The notes under the pieces were generated by a model, which was not told the origin of the DNA, searched no databases, and saw only the letters and a list, made by a program, of their open reading frames with translations. A stretch of 64,000 bases of DNA, taken from positions 197,169-261,168 of the forward strand of contig NMRA01000535.1 of the NCBI GenBank assembly GCA_002633005.1, in the 5' to 3' direction. This document shows, piece by piece, positions 48,695 through 62,331 of the stretch. The position numbers were made by a program, and so were the translations under genes. Origin of the DNA: Phoronis australis (Eukaryota; Animalia; Phoronida). The first letter of the stretch is position 1, and each line of letters opens with the position of its first letter.

Positions 48695-51600
48695 ATCTAT
48701 TTGGTGTTCATGAGTTGATTTGAAATCGCCAGACATTTGCTGAAATCAAGGCAGGTAACTTTACCTACAAGTTGCATGTAAATATTCTTAAGATACTCTA
48801 TGCATTACTATGGTGTGAATTCAGCTTGTCACCACAGGATTTTACAGCGACCACAAAGGCTCCAGGCTCCAATCCGCTCTGGGGACCAAGTTCTCAAAAT
48901 CACTTTTTTTGCAGATAATGTCAGTTCAAAGCAGTTGTATTTTTTAGCCAATTTAATGGTTATCAATAATTATTGATGTGATCAGGTTAAAAGTGAGCAA
49001 TTTTCACTGTAGCATACCATAGTTATAATTCTCAACAAGGATTAGTTTAGCCAGTATACTGTAGCATACCGTAGTTATAATTTTCAAAAAAGACTAGTTT
49101 AGCCAGTAGTTGTAACAGTTATAATCTGGTGGACATTGGAAACTCAAGTCATCAACTAGGGCTACGACAGTTCTTACTCTCAGTGTAACATCATTTCTAA
49201 AATCTATTGGTCCTTTACTCCAACCTCTTTTTCATTTGCATGACGTTTCAGTCAGTCATTTCTCTGGTCATATCAGGGGTTGCTGTGTTCTTAGTAGAAC
49301 AAACACTGCCATCTGTTAGGTAATTCTTCACTTGTTTTGTACAAAAGTAATTCCCAACATTGTCATTTTTTTATTTCTCAAAAGTTGATAAGGGAAATTT
49401 CATCAAAAGTTGTTTTGCATATCTTCATGTACAAAGCTTGCCAGCAGTTGACTAAAAATTTCTTAATCCTCATTCTTGTGGAGAAATTTGAATGAAAATA
49501 GACTTTCACTTGGAAGCCATTTTGTGAGCTAAATTTATAGCAAAGAATTACCATTCATTCATCATGACTCATGATGTGTAGTTTGAAAGTCTGAGTGTGA
49601 GCAGTAGTGATTACATAGCAGTTATGACTGTGAAAAACTGTTATCTGTTGCCCTGTTTAGCTGGTGAGCATAAGTAATCTAATAATCATCTGTCGTGTTT
49701 ATCAACTAGTATGAGTCTGGTTCACATTGGATGTGATTTATGCTGCTATGTCATTTGTAACACCTACATGCATGTACCGTAAGTTGTGTAGGTAGGCCTT
49801 AATTCTACGGCAATATTCCTTGATGTGCAGGTATTGTTTAGTTTGACTTTTGCAGCTGTGTCAAACTTAAATGATGAGGACAAACCTTAGTTCACCTCTT
49901 ACATGGTTTGCTATCACTAAACAAAAATTGGGTAAAATTGTGTTTTTTATCATTCTGCCAGTGTTTGAAGAGTGATTAGCTACAAAATTACTAACAGTCA
50001 AATTTTAATAATCTTGTCCAGTTTCAACATCTTTTGGTACTTATCTACTTGTTCAGTTTTATGTGATAGAGCTCATTTGATCAGATCTTTAAAGTTATTT
50101 TTTTATTGAAGTTCAAGCTTTGAAAAGGAGGTTGTCAAATTAGATTTGATATCCCAATATAGAAATTGGACATTGGCTTCTATAACATATGGATTTAAAT
50201 GTGACATTAATAAATTTATAGCTCTTGTTTATAGCAATGACATTTACTGGGATTTTAGAGACATGGTCAAGTTGGTTACAAAGCACTTCGGCAATAATAT
50301 ACATTGCTTAAAGTTATATCCTATTTATTGCGTTAAATCCTTCGAGAAACACTTGTGAGCTTTACTTTATATTTGAATCCTTAGTTGATTTGTTTTCATT
50401 TATCCTATATACATGAGCTTGTGTTGTCATGCAAGCCTGTTACTTGTACAAGGGTGAATATGTTTCCCCTCACAGTTAGCTTGATGAATGAAAAGCAATT
50501 AATAGGTGAAAAGTAATTAAATTGCTGCCATGTGGTATCAGTGATGTTATACAACACCAGGAGTGCAGTTGAATTTGCTTCTTTTTATAGAATACTGTTG
50601 CTGTTTGGAGTGATTGACTTGTTGATTTTGTTTGCAAATATATAGGGCTCAGTTGTTAACCAAGAGACCGCTTGTTTATATTTAGTAGGATATTACTTTA
50701 AACAGAGTGACTAATTGGAATTGGTCATCCCTTGACACCTCAGGTCGACTTTAGTAATGATTCCCAAGTCCACAAGTCTGGCTTTGGAAATTGCCCCTAC
50801 AGGAAGTGTTTTTATTTCAAATTTTAATTTGACTTCCTATTGAAGATGGCTGAAATATCGGCCATCTTTAATAGGAAGACAATGATTGCGGCCTCTACGA
50901 GCATTTGAACCCGACCATGACGAAAAAGGGGTTCCACTACTTCCCGCAAACTAGATGTTGTGTGTGAATTTCGAGGAAATCGGACGAAAAATGCGACCTG
51001 TAGAGTAAAAACAAACGTTTATCTGAAGTTGGAGAAAATATCGAGTTCAAATAGACTAGTGTTCGGAGATTGGTCTTCTGGCGTTGAACTGAAAGATATG
51101 AGTAAAATCGAATGTCGAATGTGGAACTGAAGCCCCGTATGAATGATACTGTACGTGTGTTTGTTACTGTCTACGTGACCCCATCATAAGTCAGAAGTTT
51201 CGTCGGCAAATCGTAGTCGCCGGGTGTATTTACTTCATAATTATGTCATTTGAATCTTTGTAGATAGACGGGAAGCGCTTTAACTGATTATTTGTTTAGA
51301 CTGATATTTTCTAAATTGACCTCTGGTCGGGCTGGAGGTTCCCGCTTTTGTCCTCGGCGAACAATACTTTGTGAGTTTCGCTACCCGCACGTGAATGCAG
51401 GGTTCCTGGTCGTTGCTCGTTGACTTTGCTTCCCTTATATAAAATTTGTTAAACGCACGACGCGTGTTTAAAAAATTCTGTATAACCGAAAACTTGCTCC
51501 CGAAGTACAGCCAGTTCCTGTATATAACCGTGTACTCAGCCTATTAACTGCAGCAAACTGGTCTCAAAATTTCCTTTGCCGAGAGCATTCAATCTCTTCT

Positions 51601-51935
51601 GGCGGCTGTATCAGGTGGAGAATGTAGCCCATTTTGGTGTAGCCAAAACGTACGGAACTTTTAGCTTTTTGACACTCTTCGGACTAAGGAAATGTAGTCT
51701 TTTTCGAGCCCGAGGATCCCCCCCCCAAAAAAAAGGGGTACACTGTATACTGGGCGTGCCGCTCAGATGGTTAACTTTTTCACGTGCAGTTTCACCACAA
51801 AGAGGTACTTTCTCCGACACCGAAAATTGCCCTACGAAAGGGTAGCTTTTTCGATTTAATTTTTCAAAAGGCTGGGGAGTTCCAAGTACGTTATTTCGCC
51901 CTACTGCTAATTTCAACACGTACGTGTTTTTAATA

Positions 51936-52008
51936 TTCATATACATGCATACATACCTACATTCATACATAAATATATACATACATACCTACATAAATGC
52001 ATACTTTC

Positions 52009-52046
<38 letters not shown>
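51936..52046. repeat. (CATA)n followed by (TA)n microsatellites
   Basis: Direct inspection. Confidence 0.9.
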
Positions 52047-52051
<5 letters not shown>

Positions 52052-54250
52052 GGGGAAATACATCAGCAAATCTTACGCCAACAGGATTTGCACGCAAGTG
52101 GACGAGAAGCGTGCACTGCTTACCCCCAAAGTACCTGGCATCGAAGTCCTCGGCACATCAAAGGCTTAATGGCGCTGTCACGGATTAAAGTGAGTGAACG
52201 TGCTGGATGAGATAATTGCGATCTGTACCAAATCGCCTGTTTAGCGTAGGAGTTTCAAAGTAAAAAAAGAACAACAAGTGAGGCAAACGACCAACATGAC
52301 TGTTTTTAAAATCGAAAAGTAAATAGTAGCCCAAATCGATTCATAGGTTTTCTTGAACATCGCGGCTAAGCCAACACGAGCANAGAAAGTGACAATTGTC
52401 CAAGAATCCCTATTACGAAAGGGTTTAGGTTTAGCGAATTGCGAATTACTACAAAAGTGTGGCTTCTGGAACAACTGAAACCCTGCAAAAAGGTGGCTTT
52501 TTCAAAGAAATTCCCTTCAAATGGCTCCCTTTACGTCTATAAATATGATATTTGACTGAAATACTTTGGAGGGCCTACATAACCAGAAGTTGTCCCACTT
52601 TTCAAAGCTACACCTGTACCAATATACACCTGTACCTATTTTCTTTTCCTTTGGTCTGTGAAACTCAGTGATCCTCAGGGTGTGTGTTTTCAGAGAGTGG
52701 AATTTGTATGTATGGCCGGGGGGGCGCTTTATGGGCATTTAGAATTAAAACAAAGGAATGACGGAGGGGTGAAATTAGTGTTAGTTATCAGATGAATAGG
52801 ATACACAGCATTAACAGTAAATATTCATTTTAAAATTGCGAAATTAACGAGAGTAGATGTACAAAACGTTAAAACGGTATTTGGAAAAATAAAGGTGACC
52901 TACTCGCGTATTTTAGTAGATACTACTGATAATGTGTCACAGGCCCAATGCAGTCTCGGGTGTCCTAGCTGGTACAACAATTGACCGGATTTTAACATCG
53001 TTTTGATTAGTTTACTCTCGGACATAGTTCGAGGTTAATTCAGCCAGGACGTGGTGTCAGCCTCCCGTCTGGATTTCCTGGTTGCGTCGTAAACGAAGAT
53101 GGTTGGCCTTGTGATTTATGATGTGTTGATGCTCGTCTCATTCGTTCACATTATTTGCTCCCGCCAGCCGGGTTAGGCGGTACTCATATTGTTCGAGGTA
53201 TTCGAGGCGCGATATGCTCAGTTTAGTGGTTGACTTTTTGGCCCACTTTTCCAACGAAAAGAAATTACTGTCGCCGAAGGGTGCCTTGGTTTCACTCCTT
53301 ACCGTGAAAGGCTTCACTTATAGGCAGTGCGAATCTCTCTAAAAAGTCCCCTTTCCAATTACAAAAATCCAGTGCAGAGGTTTTGCAATATTTCATCTTT
53401 ATTTCATAGCACTGTACAAGATGTGCTGGCTTTCAGTTGGCAAGATGACATTTGTAAAGCAAAATGTGATATCAATGCCTGTCCTTTATTCCCCACACGT
53501 TAATATTGTTAGGGTCAGTTGTCAGTAGAATTTAATCCGATATAGTTATGTAAGGGTAGTCTCATTCCCACCAATGGGCCACCTATTTTCCGAGGAATAC
53601 ACTCGAAATGGATGGCTATGATAACTTTTTCAACTGCACGCAAACTCCCCCACCACCACACCTCCAGTACCTCCGTCGTGCCGCGAACATTTTCATCAGG
53701 GGACTACTCGTAGTTCAGTCGGTGTTTTCGTGAGCACTACGTACATGTAAACATCAAACAAGTACGCATTTATGGCTTTACTAACCTTGACCCGTTTGGC
53801 TGCAGTACTGAATATATAGTCGCGTACATTACATGCAATACTGAATATATAGTCGTCAATATTATAGCCTTCTCCATTAACGTTCATGATTGCATGTACA
53901 TATGATTCATAAGTAAATACCAAAATTCAACCGCTCCCGTTATTAACAAGGAAAACTAGTTTTGTAACTTGTCTAACCTGTTTGGGTTGATTGATGTTGC
54001 AATAGGCTCTAACACTCTTGCAGCCAACCGGGCAATACTTGTTTTTTACGAATTAAACAGTGTGTTTATGCATTGGAATTGTTGCGGCAGTTGTCACGTC
54101 TGTTTATCAATATAGCCTATTTCTCGCGCAGGCTAGTTTATCGTTTGTTGCACTTAAAATTCGTCTATTATTGCCCGAATCTGGGTGAGTGGGCAACTAT
54201 TACTATACGCAACATGACACCAGGAAGGCAGCAAGAGCTATCTCTATATA

Positions 54251-57200
54251 TAGTCCAGTCATTCTACGTACGGATAACCCGGAAAAAATTGCAACAGAAG
54301 GTTTTATCGCATAAATCTTATCCTTTCACACCCCTTTGTGGGAAAAGTGGAATCAGAGTTGGTTTTTCAAGATGGCGGACAAAATGGCCGCCTGATATTC
54401 TGATGCTCACTATAACTCAAGAGTGGAATGTGATAGAGTAAAAATTCAAAAAGGTTTATTTATGTTTTGTGGGTCAACAAATCCATTGGAAATGTTTTTG
54501 CATGGCTGTGGTGACACCGTCCGCCATTTTCCAAGATGGCCTCAAAGTGCGTCTTGCTTCAAACATTGTATCATAGGTTTTCTGGGTCGACTAATCCATA
54601 TAGACTCATTGCGTTTGGCTCTAATGATTACTTCCACCATTTTCTAAGATGGCCACCAAATAGTTGTTTGGTGTAAGAACTTCAGATTCCAGAGACACGC
54701 CATGTCCTGAGTTTTCTAGGTCAGCACGTCCATTAAAAAAATTTGTCTGGCTCCGATGATTACGACTACCATTTTCAAGATGGTTTAACGAATAACTTAT
54801 TAGGGTCAAAAACATCACGTTTGCCTGTACTGATGGATCATTCTCCTCCTTAAAAAATGTGCTGTACTGAAAATAACTCTGCAGTTAATTCAGTGATTTA
54901 CTATCCACACTGTCTGTGTCACTTCCAGTTAGTTGTAAATGCTAGTGAATCTATACAAAATCAACCAGTATTTACACAACCAATCTCTGTCAAATGAGAA
55001 AACTGAGAATGAATTGCTGCAGCGTACCACGACATTCTCCACATGCAACAGAGTACGGCAATCCTAACTTCTTGCAAGTACATCTCTTGGAACTGCAGTT
55101 GGTCTTACACAAGCATTTCATTGCTTTCACCAGGTTCTCTGGTGCTGCTGACAGGTCCGTCGTCGTGGGAATGAATTTTCCACCTGCAAGCATCCATCCC
55201 CAATACAGCGAGTCTAGGCCACTGCCACGGAACTAACTTGACCACTCTTGCTCTTGATAATATGTCCCGGCAGCATGGAGTTTAGCTACTGAAGAAAGTT
55301 GGTGATAATGACTGTATTTGCACTGTGGTTAGTCTGACACCTCATCCACAAATCGCCTGTATCGCAAGTCATCCAAATTTCCAGAGCCAGTACCGCCATG
55401 AAGCACAGATATAACTCTTACCAGCTTCAAATATGTCTTGCTTTAGCTGCATGTGACTAGTGAATACTCTTACTAGAGTATTTGCAGAATTCTCGATCAC
55501 ACAGTTTCTTGAGTGGGAGAGCCTTTGCTAATACTGAACAGCTGTAATGTTGTGTTGCAACCACCTATTGCATGCGCAAATGGCAAAACTGCGCAAGTTT
55601 CGGCACCAAGAGACAACTGTAGTTCCTTGATGTCCCAGACTCTCCTCTTGCTTTGGTGACTTTTGTCAAATTTCATGAACTTTGGAATTTGTTGTGAAGT
55701 AACATGGTAACGCAAAAGAACCAACAAGTCTGTATTGCCTGCAATAAGGATAGTTGGACCTTGTGCTGCGTTCTTTACTGCTGTTCAGTCTACAATTAAA
55801 ACATCTGCGTCACCTTTATCTTTTACCACTGTGCAATCAGCATTTGCTAGCAAACTTGACAAGAAGTGAATGGATCGTTGTTTGTTTGTGCTCTTTGCCA
55901 AAAAATGTTCCTTTTTTACTTGATCACCATGTCACCATTGAAATGAACTTCAGTTCCAACCACCCCACCCAGTCTTGGAACATGAGAGACATCTTTAGTT
56001 GATAGTCCATCTTAGTAACCATCAAAAACAACAGTAGGCTGGGTGCACTTGCTGATGTAATCCACATCACCTCTACCAAATGACTGAAACGTTGCACCTC
56101 TAGGCCATGGAATACGGTGAAGGAGAAAACCGCCGTCGATTACACGCATCATCGTGTTTTCTGGAAATTGAAACCCTCAGGTAGTCCCCCACTGAACCAG
56201 AGTGCATCAGCTCATATTGATGTATTAGCGACTCTGGGAGGACCAGATGTATCAAAAAGAGTAGAGGAACCAACACAAAGCTCAAACTTCAAAAGGCTTG
56301 ATGAACTTTCACTGTTGTCTTTTGCAGCTGTCAGGATTCGCTGAAATAGCAGTCGTGAATGCACTTGTGTAAAATTATTATTAGCAGCATGAATTGATTG
56401 ACTTGTCATTGCCGCAACCTTGTCTTTATTTCTGAATGTGAAGTATTTCACACTTGACCCCTCCATAGACAAGTGAACCACCTTTCCCACTTCTCTGGAA
56501 TTTTCTGCACTGACGCATGTGCCTGCAGTCACACCAGTGGCGATGTTATGTAATGTTTCTCTTTAAAATGGGTTACTGTTGTGGAGGAATTCAACAAGGC
56601 TGCGGATGTCTTTGCCGTCACGCGACTGTCTTGCCTGGGTACATTCTTTATGCTGCTGACTTGTTTCACAACTCAAGTTTGTCGCAGTCTACATGGTACC
56701 ATAGACTATGATGGTTCCATTTATACTTGAGCGTGCCGGCGAGGAAAGCAGCCACAGTGCTCTCTTTGTATCTCCCATTTCGCAACCTCTAGTTAAACCT
56801 CCTGTTGTTTTAATACTTTTCATGAGCGTTTGTTCAATTACAAGATCGTATTTCATTATGACAAGCCTGCCCAGAATCTGTCACTTTTTCTTATGGTGTG
56901 TTGGCCGTAGACGTCTGGACTGGTGTCATTGAGTTGTTAGTCTGCTGCAAGTATATGTATGAAGATTTTGCATAAGAGTTGTGACCAGCAGCTGCAAAGT
57001 AAGGCAGCATTTCACAAACTGCTTTTAAGTGAAGCTCCCAATCTGACGTTATTTCTGCTTTTAAAAAAGTCGAAGGATGACAATCATCTTCATATACTGT
57101 AGCCAAACACTAATGATTCGACTTTGCAAGGACAAGCCTGATTTATGTGCTTCGATTTTTTATGGATACCCACAAGACATTCCGACGAACATACCTCGTC

Positions 57201-59021
57201 GCACACAGACGTCATACCAGCAATAAGATCATCATACCGCTTCAGACCAGCTTTCAAATCATCACGAAGAATATCACTGGCCATTGATTCTTCTGACGAA
57301 CTATTCTCTGTCACTGCGAATTCTGAAGACCTATACTCTGATTCAGTCGTGTTTGAATATACCAATGGCAGTAGGTAGGAAGCCAGAAGTGAACTCTCGT
57401 GAGGGCATTCCACTGAAATCCAAGGTTCAGAATCGGAAGACACTGACTGGGCATGGCATACCCCAGAGTATGTCATCCAGTTATGTGATCAGTTGGGATG
57501 TCTGGGATGTCTGAAGAATCTGTCTCCATATTCTGACGAACCAAAAGTTGTGTACAACCATTGAACTGTCTTTGTGACATTCCGGACTCCTGGAATTTCT
57601 GAAGAACCTGAATTCGATCTTTCTTCATTGGTTTTGGATTGGCGTTACTTGATCTGTCAATATTTGGAAGAGGGATGTTGAATGTTCTGGCTTTTATGAT
57701 AGCATTCAGTGCTGAGTCTGCCAACATATGCCCCCTCACTGCTGTATCCACACTTTTTCCATTTAACATAAGGATCACACTGTTTAATGCATGCACCGTC
57801 TCAAGAACTTCTGGAAGCCCTGTGCCTGACATTACGTATCCAATACATCCCAGAAAGCTCATCTCAGTATGAAATTTTCCAAGTCTGGCTAAGAACAAGT
57901 GACTGCAGATCACTGTCGTTTTGTTTGCTGGCACTAATTTCCTCTAAAATAAGTTACTTATGTTCATAAAAAGCATGCATATTGAACAAAGTGTGGGTCC
58001 TAACTATTAAAATTTAATTAACAGCTTTTTGTTTCACAATTCTATTTGCTTTTCATCAAATTCAGGTGAAATCAGCAGCCAAATTCTCAATACATTCCAG
58101 CAGCAGACGAACTCGATGCTTGGGAACAACTAATTATATCTCCAATAGCAGAGACAAAAGCCACTTCCTGCCCAATTTTATTCAGGGTTTGTGTAATGAA
58201 TAAGCCAATAACTCCACCAGAATAACATATTTTTCTAACAAATATTATTTTTGATACCTCAAATGAATATATTTTACAGAAAAATAATTGAGTTTGTGAA
58301 ATTTATTACGAAAATTTAACTAAAGTCTTTTGTGAAAAACACACCAACTTTTATGTTAAATAATCTAAAATGTGATTAAAATTCCACATTTAGTATCTAA
58401 ATCTTAAAAACAAATTATAGAAACAATCAACTCATTAACCTGACTGTAGATTGTAAAATGTTTTTGTGTAAATGCGTATCAGGTTACAAACAAAGTTTGC
58501 AGAAGGTAAATGCGGTAAATTTGGGTTTGTGAATATTGGCAGCCATTTTGGCGGCCATCTTGATTTTTTCTCGCAAACCAGTGACTAATTGTAAGGTCCA
58601 GATATTTTCAATTGTCTAACTTACAAAAGAATAAAAATTTTGCCATTATCAGGGCAAAATATAAAAAGGGCTTGTAACATGTACCAAATTGCCGTTTCGG
58701 CCGCCATTTTGTCGGCCACATTGGTTTTATTTTACGGAAAATTGGCATCTTTTGATTGGAATGCCTGTTATGAAAAGTATATAATCAATGACAAACTTTA
58801 TTGTTTTATTTTTAGCTGTTACATAAGAGTAATATGCCAGAAAACACCTGTTTTGTCGGCCATTTTTTTCGCCATCTTGAAAAACCGACTTCCGCCACTC
58901 CGATTTCGGTAGATTTATTTCTGACACCATGGGATTTTTGAAGGTGCCATTTGTGCAAAACAAGGTTATGTTGCAATTTTTTCTAGGTTGGGCCCTCTGG
59001 AGCCCTGGAGTGACTGGACTA
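54251..59021 (-). mobile_element. Academ (AcademX-type) DNA transposon, internally deleted and decayed
   Basis: TIR TAGTCCAGTCA...TGACTGGACTA with a 3-bp TSD ATA on both sides. Internal remnants of a transposase, an XPG/PIN-like domain and a Cys-rich finger, the architecture described for Academ. Confidence 0.85.
54990..57934 (-). pseudogene. Fragmented Academ transposase ORF
   Basis: In order: RLGKFHTEMSFLGCIGYVMSGTGL, DWELHL..MLPYFAAAGHNSYAKS, DLVIEQTLMKSIKTTGGLTRG, VVFDGY, GDADV, TDLLVLL, FAHAIGGCNTT, CLCKTNCSSKRCTCKK. Many stops and frameshifts; N-terminus missing. Confidence 0.85.
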
Positions 59022-59049
59022 ATACTTTAACATATAAATGCTAATACGT

Positions 59050-59054
59050 AAAAA
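59050..59054 (-). terminator. Pol III terminator (T5) of the tRNA-Leu gene
   Basis: TTTTT on the minus strand, 4 nt after the discriminator base. Confidence 0.8.
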
Positions 59055-59058
59055 TACT

Positions 59059-59140
59059 TGGCAGCGGTGGGATTCGAACCCACGCCTCCGAAGAGACTGG
59101 TGCCTTATACCAGCGCCTTAGACCGCTCGGCCACGCTACC
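59059..59140 (-). tRNA. tRNA-Leu(AAG), 82 nt, long variable arm
   Basis: GGTAGCGTGGCCGAGCGGTCTAAGGCG-CTGGT-ATAAGGC-ACCAG-TCTCTTCGGAGGCGTGGGTTCGAATCCCACCGCTGCCA. Intact A/B boxes and stems. Confidence 0.96.
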
Positions 59141-62100
59141 TGTTACAATCTGATCGGACTGTATCCAGTTTGTGGTCCAGTTGCTGTTCACCTTCAGATA
59201 CCGGCTTCATTGGGGTCAAGATTACGTTGCTCACACTGCCCCAGTGCTACCACTACATGTAGGGGTAAAATTAGAGGTAAGTAAGCGCCCAAAGCCCACC
59301 GTATCATCTTGAGCACTGAACGTAACTTACGGTGCGTAGGCGCTTCAACGCTCAAGTGCCAAAAGGTGGTTGGCTGTGCCATCGTGCGGTGCACCTACGC
59401 TCCACTACAGCACTGCACTGTCCACATTACAATCTTCCGAAATCTCGTAGCTTTTTCGTGAGAATAGATGAAGAAATTGAAAGAATATGTTGAAGATTGT
59501 GCTGCAGAAGCTGCAGCTTCACAGTTAAGGTACATTTAGATCAGCGTTCATGATCACGAGTAGCGTTTTTGAGCAAATTTACACATGAACGGACGGCGAC
59601 ATCCCGTTGCTCCCAACTTGTTTGATTCGATAGCCCAACAACAAGTTGGGAAGTTTACCCCCATAGCCAATATCTTACACGACGGATTAACTCCATACTG
59701 GCAATTATGGTTGGAGCGGGGCCTGTGCTCTTTTGTTCGATAATTGCCGTGCTCTAATCTACATTAGTAGCCTAACTGGGCTGGGCTGATAAAAATGAAA
59801 GTTAACTTATAACATATTTGAGCTGAAACCAATAGCATTGCTGAGTTCCTCGTCAAATGCTGATCATGTTCCGTTCTTGAATCACCAAAATCGCCCAACT
59901 ACAACAGAAGTTAAGACAATCTATTCTGTCCAAACGGATTACCAACGCACTGGGTTTGCCTTGATTGTATTCATACGCGTTCGGTATAGCGTGCAACCAC
60001 CATACGTTTCCTTTGAAGCCTGGGAGAAAATTGGCCTGCTTGTTATCATACGGGATAAAAGACTGAGCTGGGCAGTTAACAAAGGAGCAAGATGTTATCG
60101 CACGTTCAGCACCCCTCACGTCTGGAAAAGTTACTGAACGACAGAACACTATAATGTAAGTGGTAAAGGTGCAGTGGAGAGTCAGTTCGAGTATAAGACG
60201 AATATATTGGCATTTGAAGAACAATGAAATCTGGACAAAATTTAGAAAACAATAACTTCAAACTTATAGTAGATTATGAGTCTACTAGAAGAATAAGGGG
60301 GCTTATCATCATCCACAGTGAAAGCGCATGATGTTACGCTTCCACTTCAGTAGACAAGTATATGAGCGCATCACACTACAAATAGTTTGCAGAAATAATC
60401 TCAGTTACTAGCAGTTATCTATATATTCTCAGAGACATTTATGAAGAGAATCTCTCGCTTACACTAGTCACCGCTCAGCTACCCTTAGCTCCAGACAACT
60501 TTTATGATGCCTATTCAGCACGCCCTTCAATTGATGTAGATCTGGGCTAATGAAGTGGAAAGGTAATAGCTAGCACTATTGATTCAACAATGGTGGTTGT
60601 CATTGCACCCAAACTGGTTTTCTCTGACATTTGCAGAGTTACAGCCTGCAATATGGAGAGTAGTTTTAACTTGGTACATATTACGCAATAATAACTAAAA
60701 GAGTTAATTTGTGTTTATTTTGACAAAGGGTCACTTCCCAAATCAACGATGGTTTTAAATATGTTTCATACCGGTTTTCGTAATTTCATTTTAATACTCT
60801 TACCGGGAAAGGGTTGCTATCTTTTTATTTTTATTTTATATTTAAGAACTAAAACAGTGATACATTTTGATAGCCAGTCACTAGAGTTAATTGTGAACCC
60901 ATCCCTGTGCTCATCCAGCTACACTAAACACTCATTTCACAACAAACAAAAATACTCGTTTCATTAGTTCAAATTTAATCTTAATGAGAACTCAAATCAT
61001 AAAATATATACAAAATTGCAAATAAATTATGGTGATAGCTAAACTGGAGATTTGATTGTTTGGACAATTTCCGTTGCAGTGACCGCATAAATATTCTAGC
61101 TTTTTGTCAGTCATAAAAATGAAGAGTGGGCACAAGCTAAGTAAAACTGATTCCTAGTCAAAATCTGCTTTAAGGAGATTGAGAGGGTATTAAAAAATAA
61201 TCCATGTGATATTGTTAACTTTGATCAACGTTTCTTAATCCACCGATTATATCAATACGCACAGTCGTTTGTCTTCAATCGTACCAAATGTTAATAGTTT
61301 TTAGCTTATTAGTTCATGGATTTTTAAAAATCGAAACCCATACTTACTAACTGAATACTGCCGTGGTATTCGTTTTTAACGAAAATTATTGGTGAATGCA
61401 TTTTGAAAGTTCGCTTGTAGTCCTATGTACAGGTAGAGATAGTTACTACAGTTTATGGTAGGGTGGTTACACTTTAAGGAGTATACCACCCAATTTATTT
61501 CGTTTTTTATCGTCTTAATCCAGTATCCATATCACCTCGTATACGGTCGATCTCACCTGGTCGAGAGGTGTTGCGTTAACCCGCGAGGAAGGTGAGTACA
61601 CGACGCAGCGACGTCAGCGGTTCGTGAGCTGAGTCTGTTCTGATATGTTGTGGTGTAGGCCTATCGTTCCCGCTTGTGCGAACCATCTGATGAGGCTGCG
61701 AAGAAAATGGGTATATCCTCGGTTTTTTTGAGAACTCGAAATGCTTCGGAAGTGGTTCGCACCGGTAAAGGATGAAAAGCAAGCCGTTAATACCAAGTGA
61801 GGATGAGGCCGTATACTCAGTGTCTATCATGGCCGGCATTGTTATGTTTCAAAATGAGTTATTCTTACCGTAGCCAATTGATAAAACTGAAGTGTCTCGA
61901 AAGACTGTCTCAGTAGATGCAATTTGTAATGCCTTTGGAGTGTTCGTGAGTGCAAATGATTTGAGAAATCAGGGGCGCCAGGATTTTGAGTTAGGGATGC
62001 CAGGGCAAGAAAAAACAAGAATTTCGCTGCATGTGCGCGCCCAGCCTAAACTGTAGGGATGCAGTGGTCTCGAATTTTTGGATTTGTGGACCTTATTACT

Positions 62101-62260
62101 AAAACAAAAACGGGATACGGGGTTTGTTCAAGGCCTATGCATTGTGCATTTGCCCCCCGAGCATGCTAATATATTCAGTGTTTGCTGACAGAAAGCTGTT
62201 GTGAAACAATTACTCGATTTTATAAGCTATGGTCAGACGTTAATGAGCCAAGGGATGTCG

Positions 62261-62263
62261 GTG

Positions 62264-62299
<36 letters not shown>

Positions 62300-62331
62300 T
62301 GTGTGTGTCACTGTGTGTCGGGTGTGTGTGT
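62261..62331. repeat. (GTGC)n/(GT)n microsatellite
   Basis: Direct inspection. Confidence 0.9.

Noticed and set aside
53030-53330. Possible degenerate RTE-type LINE 3' fragment on the minus strand
   Set aside because: Only faint motif resemblance; cannot be supported without a search.
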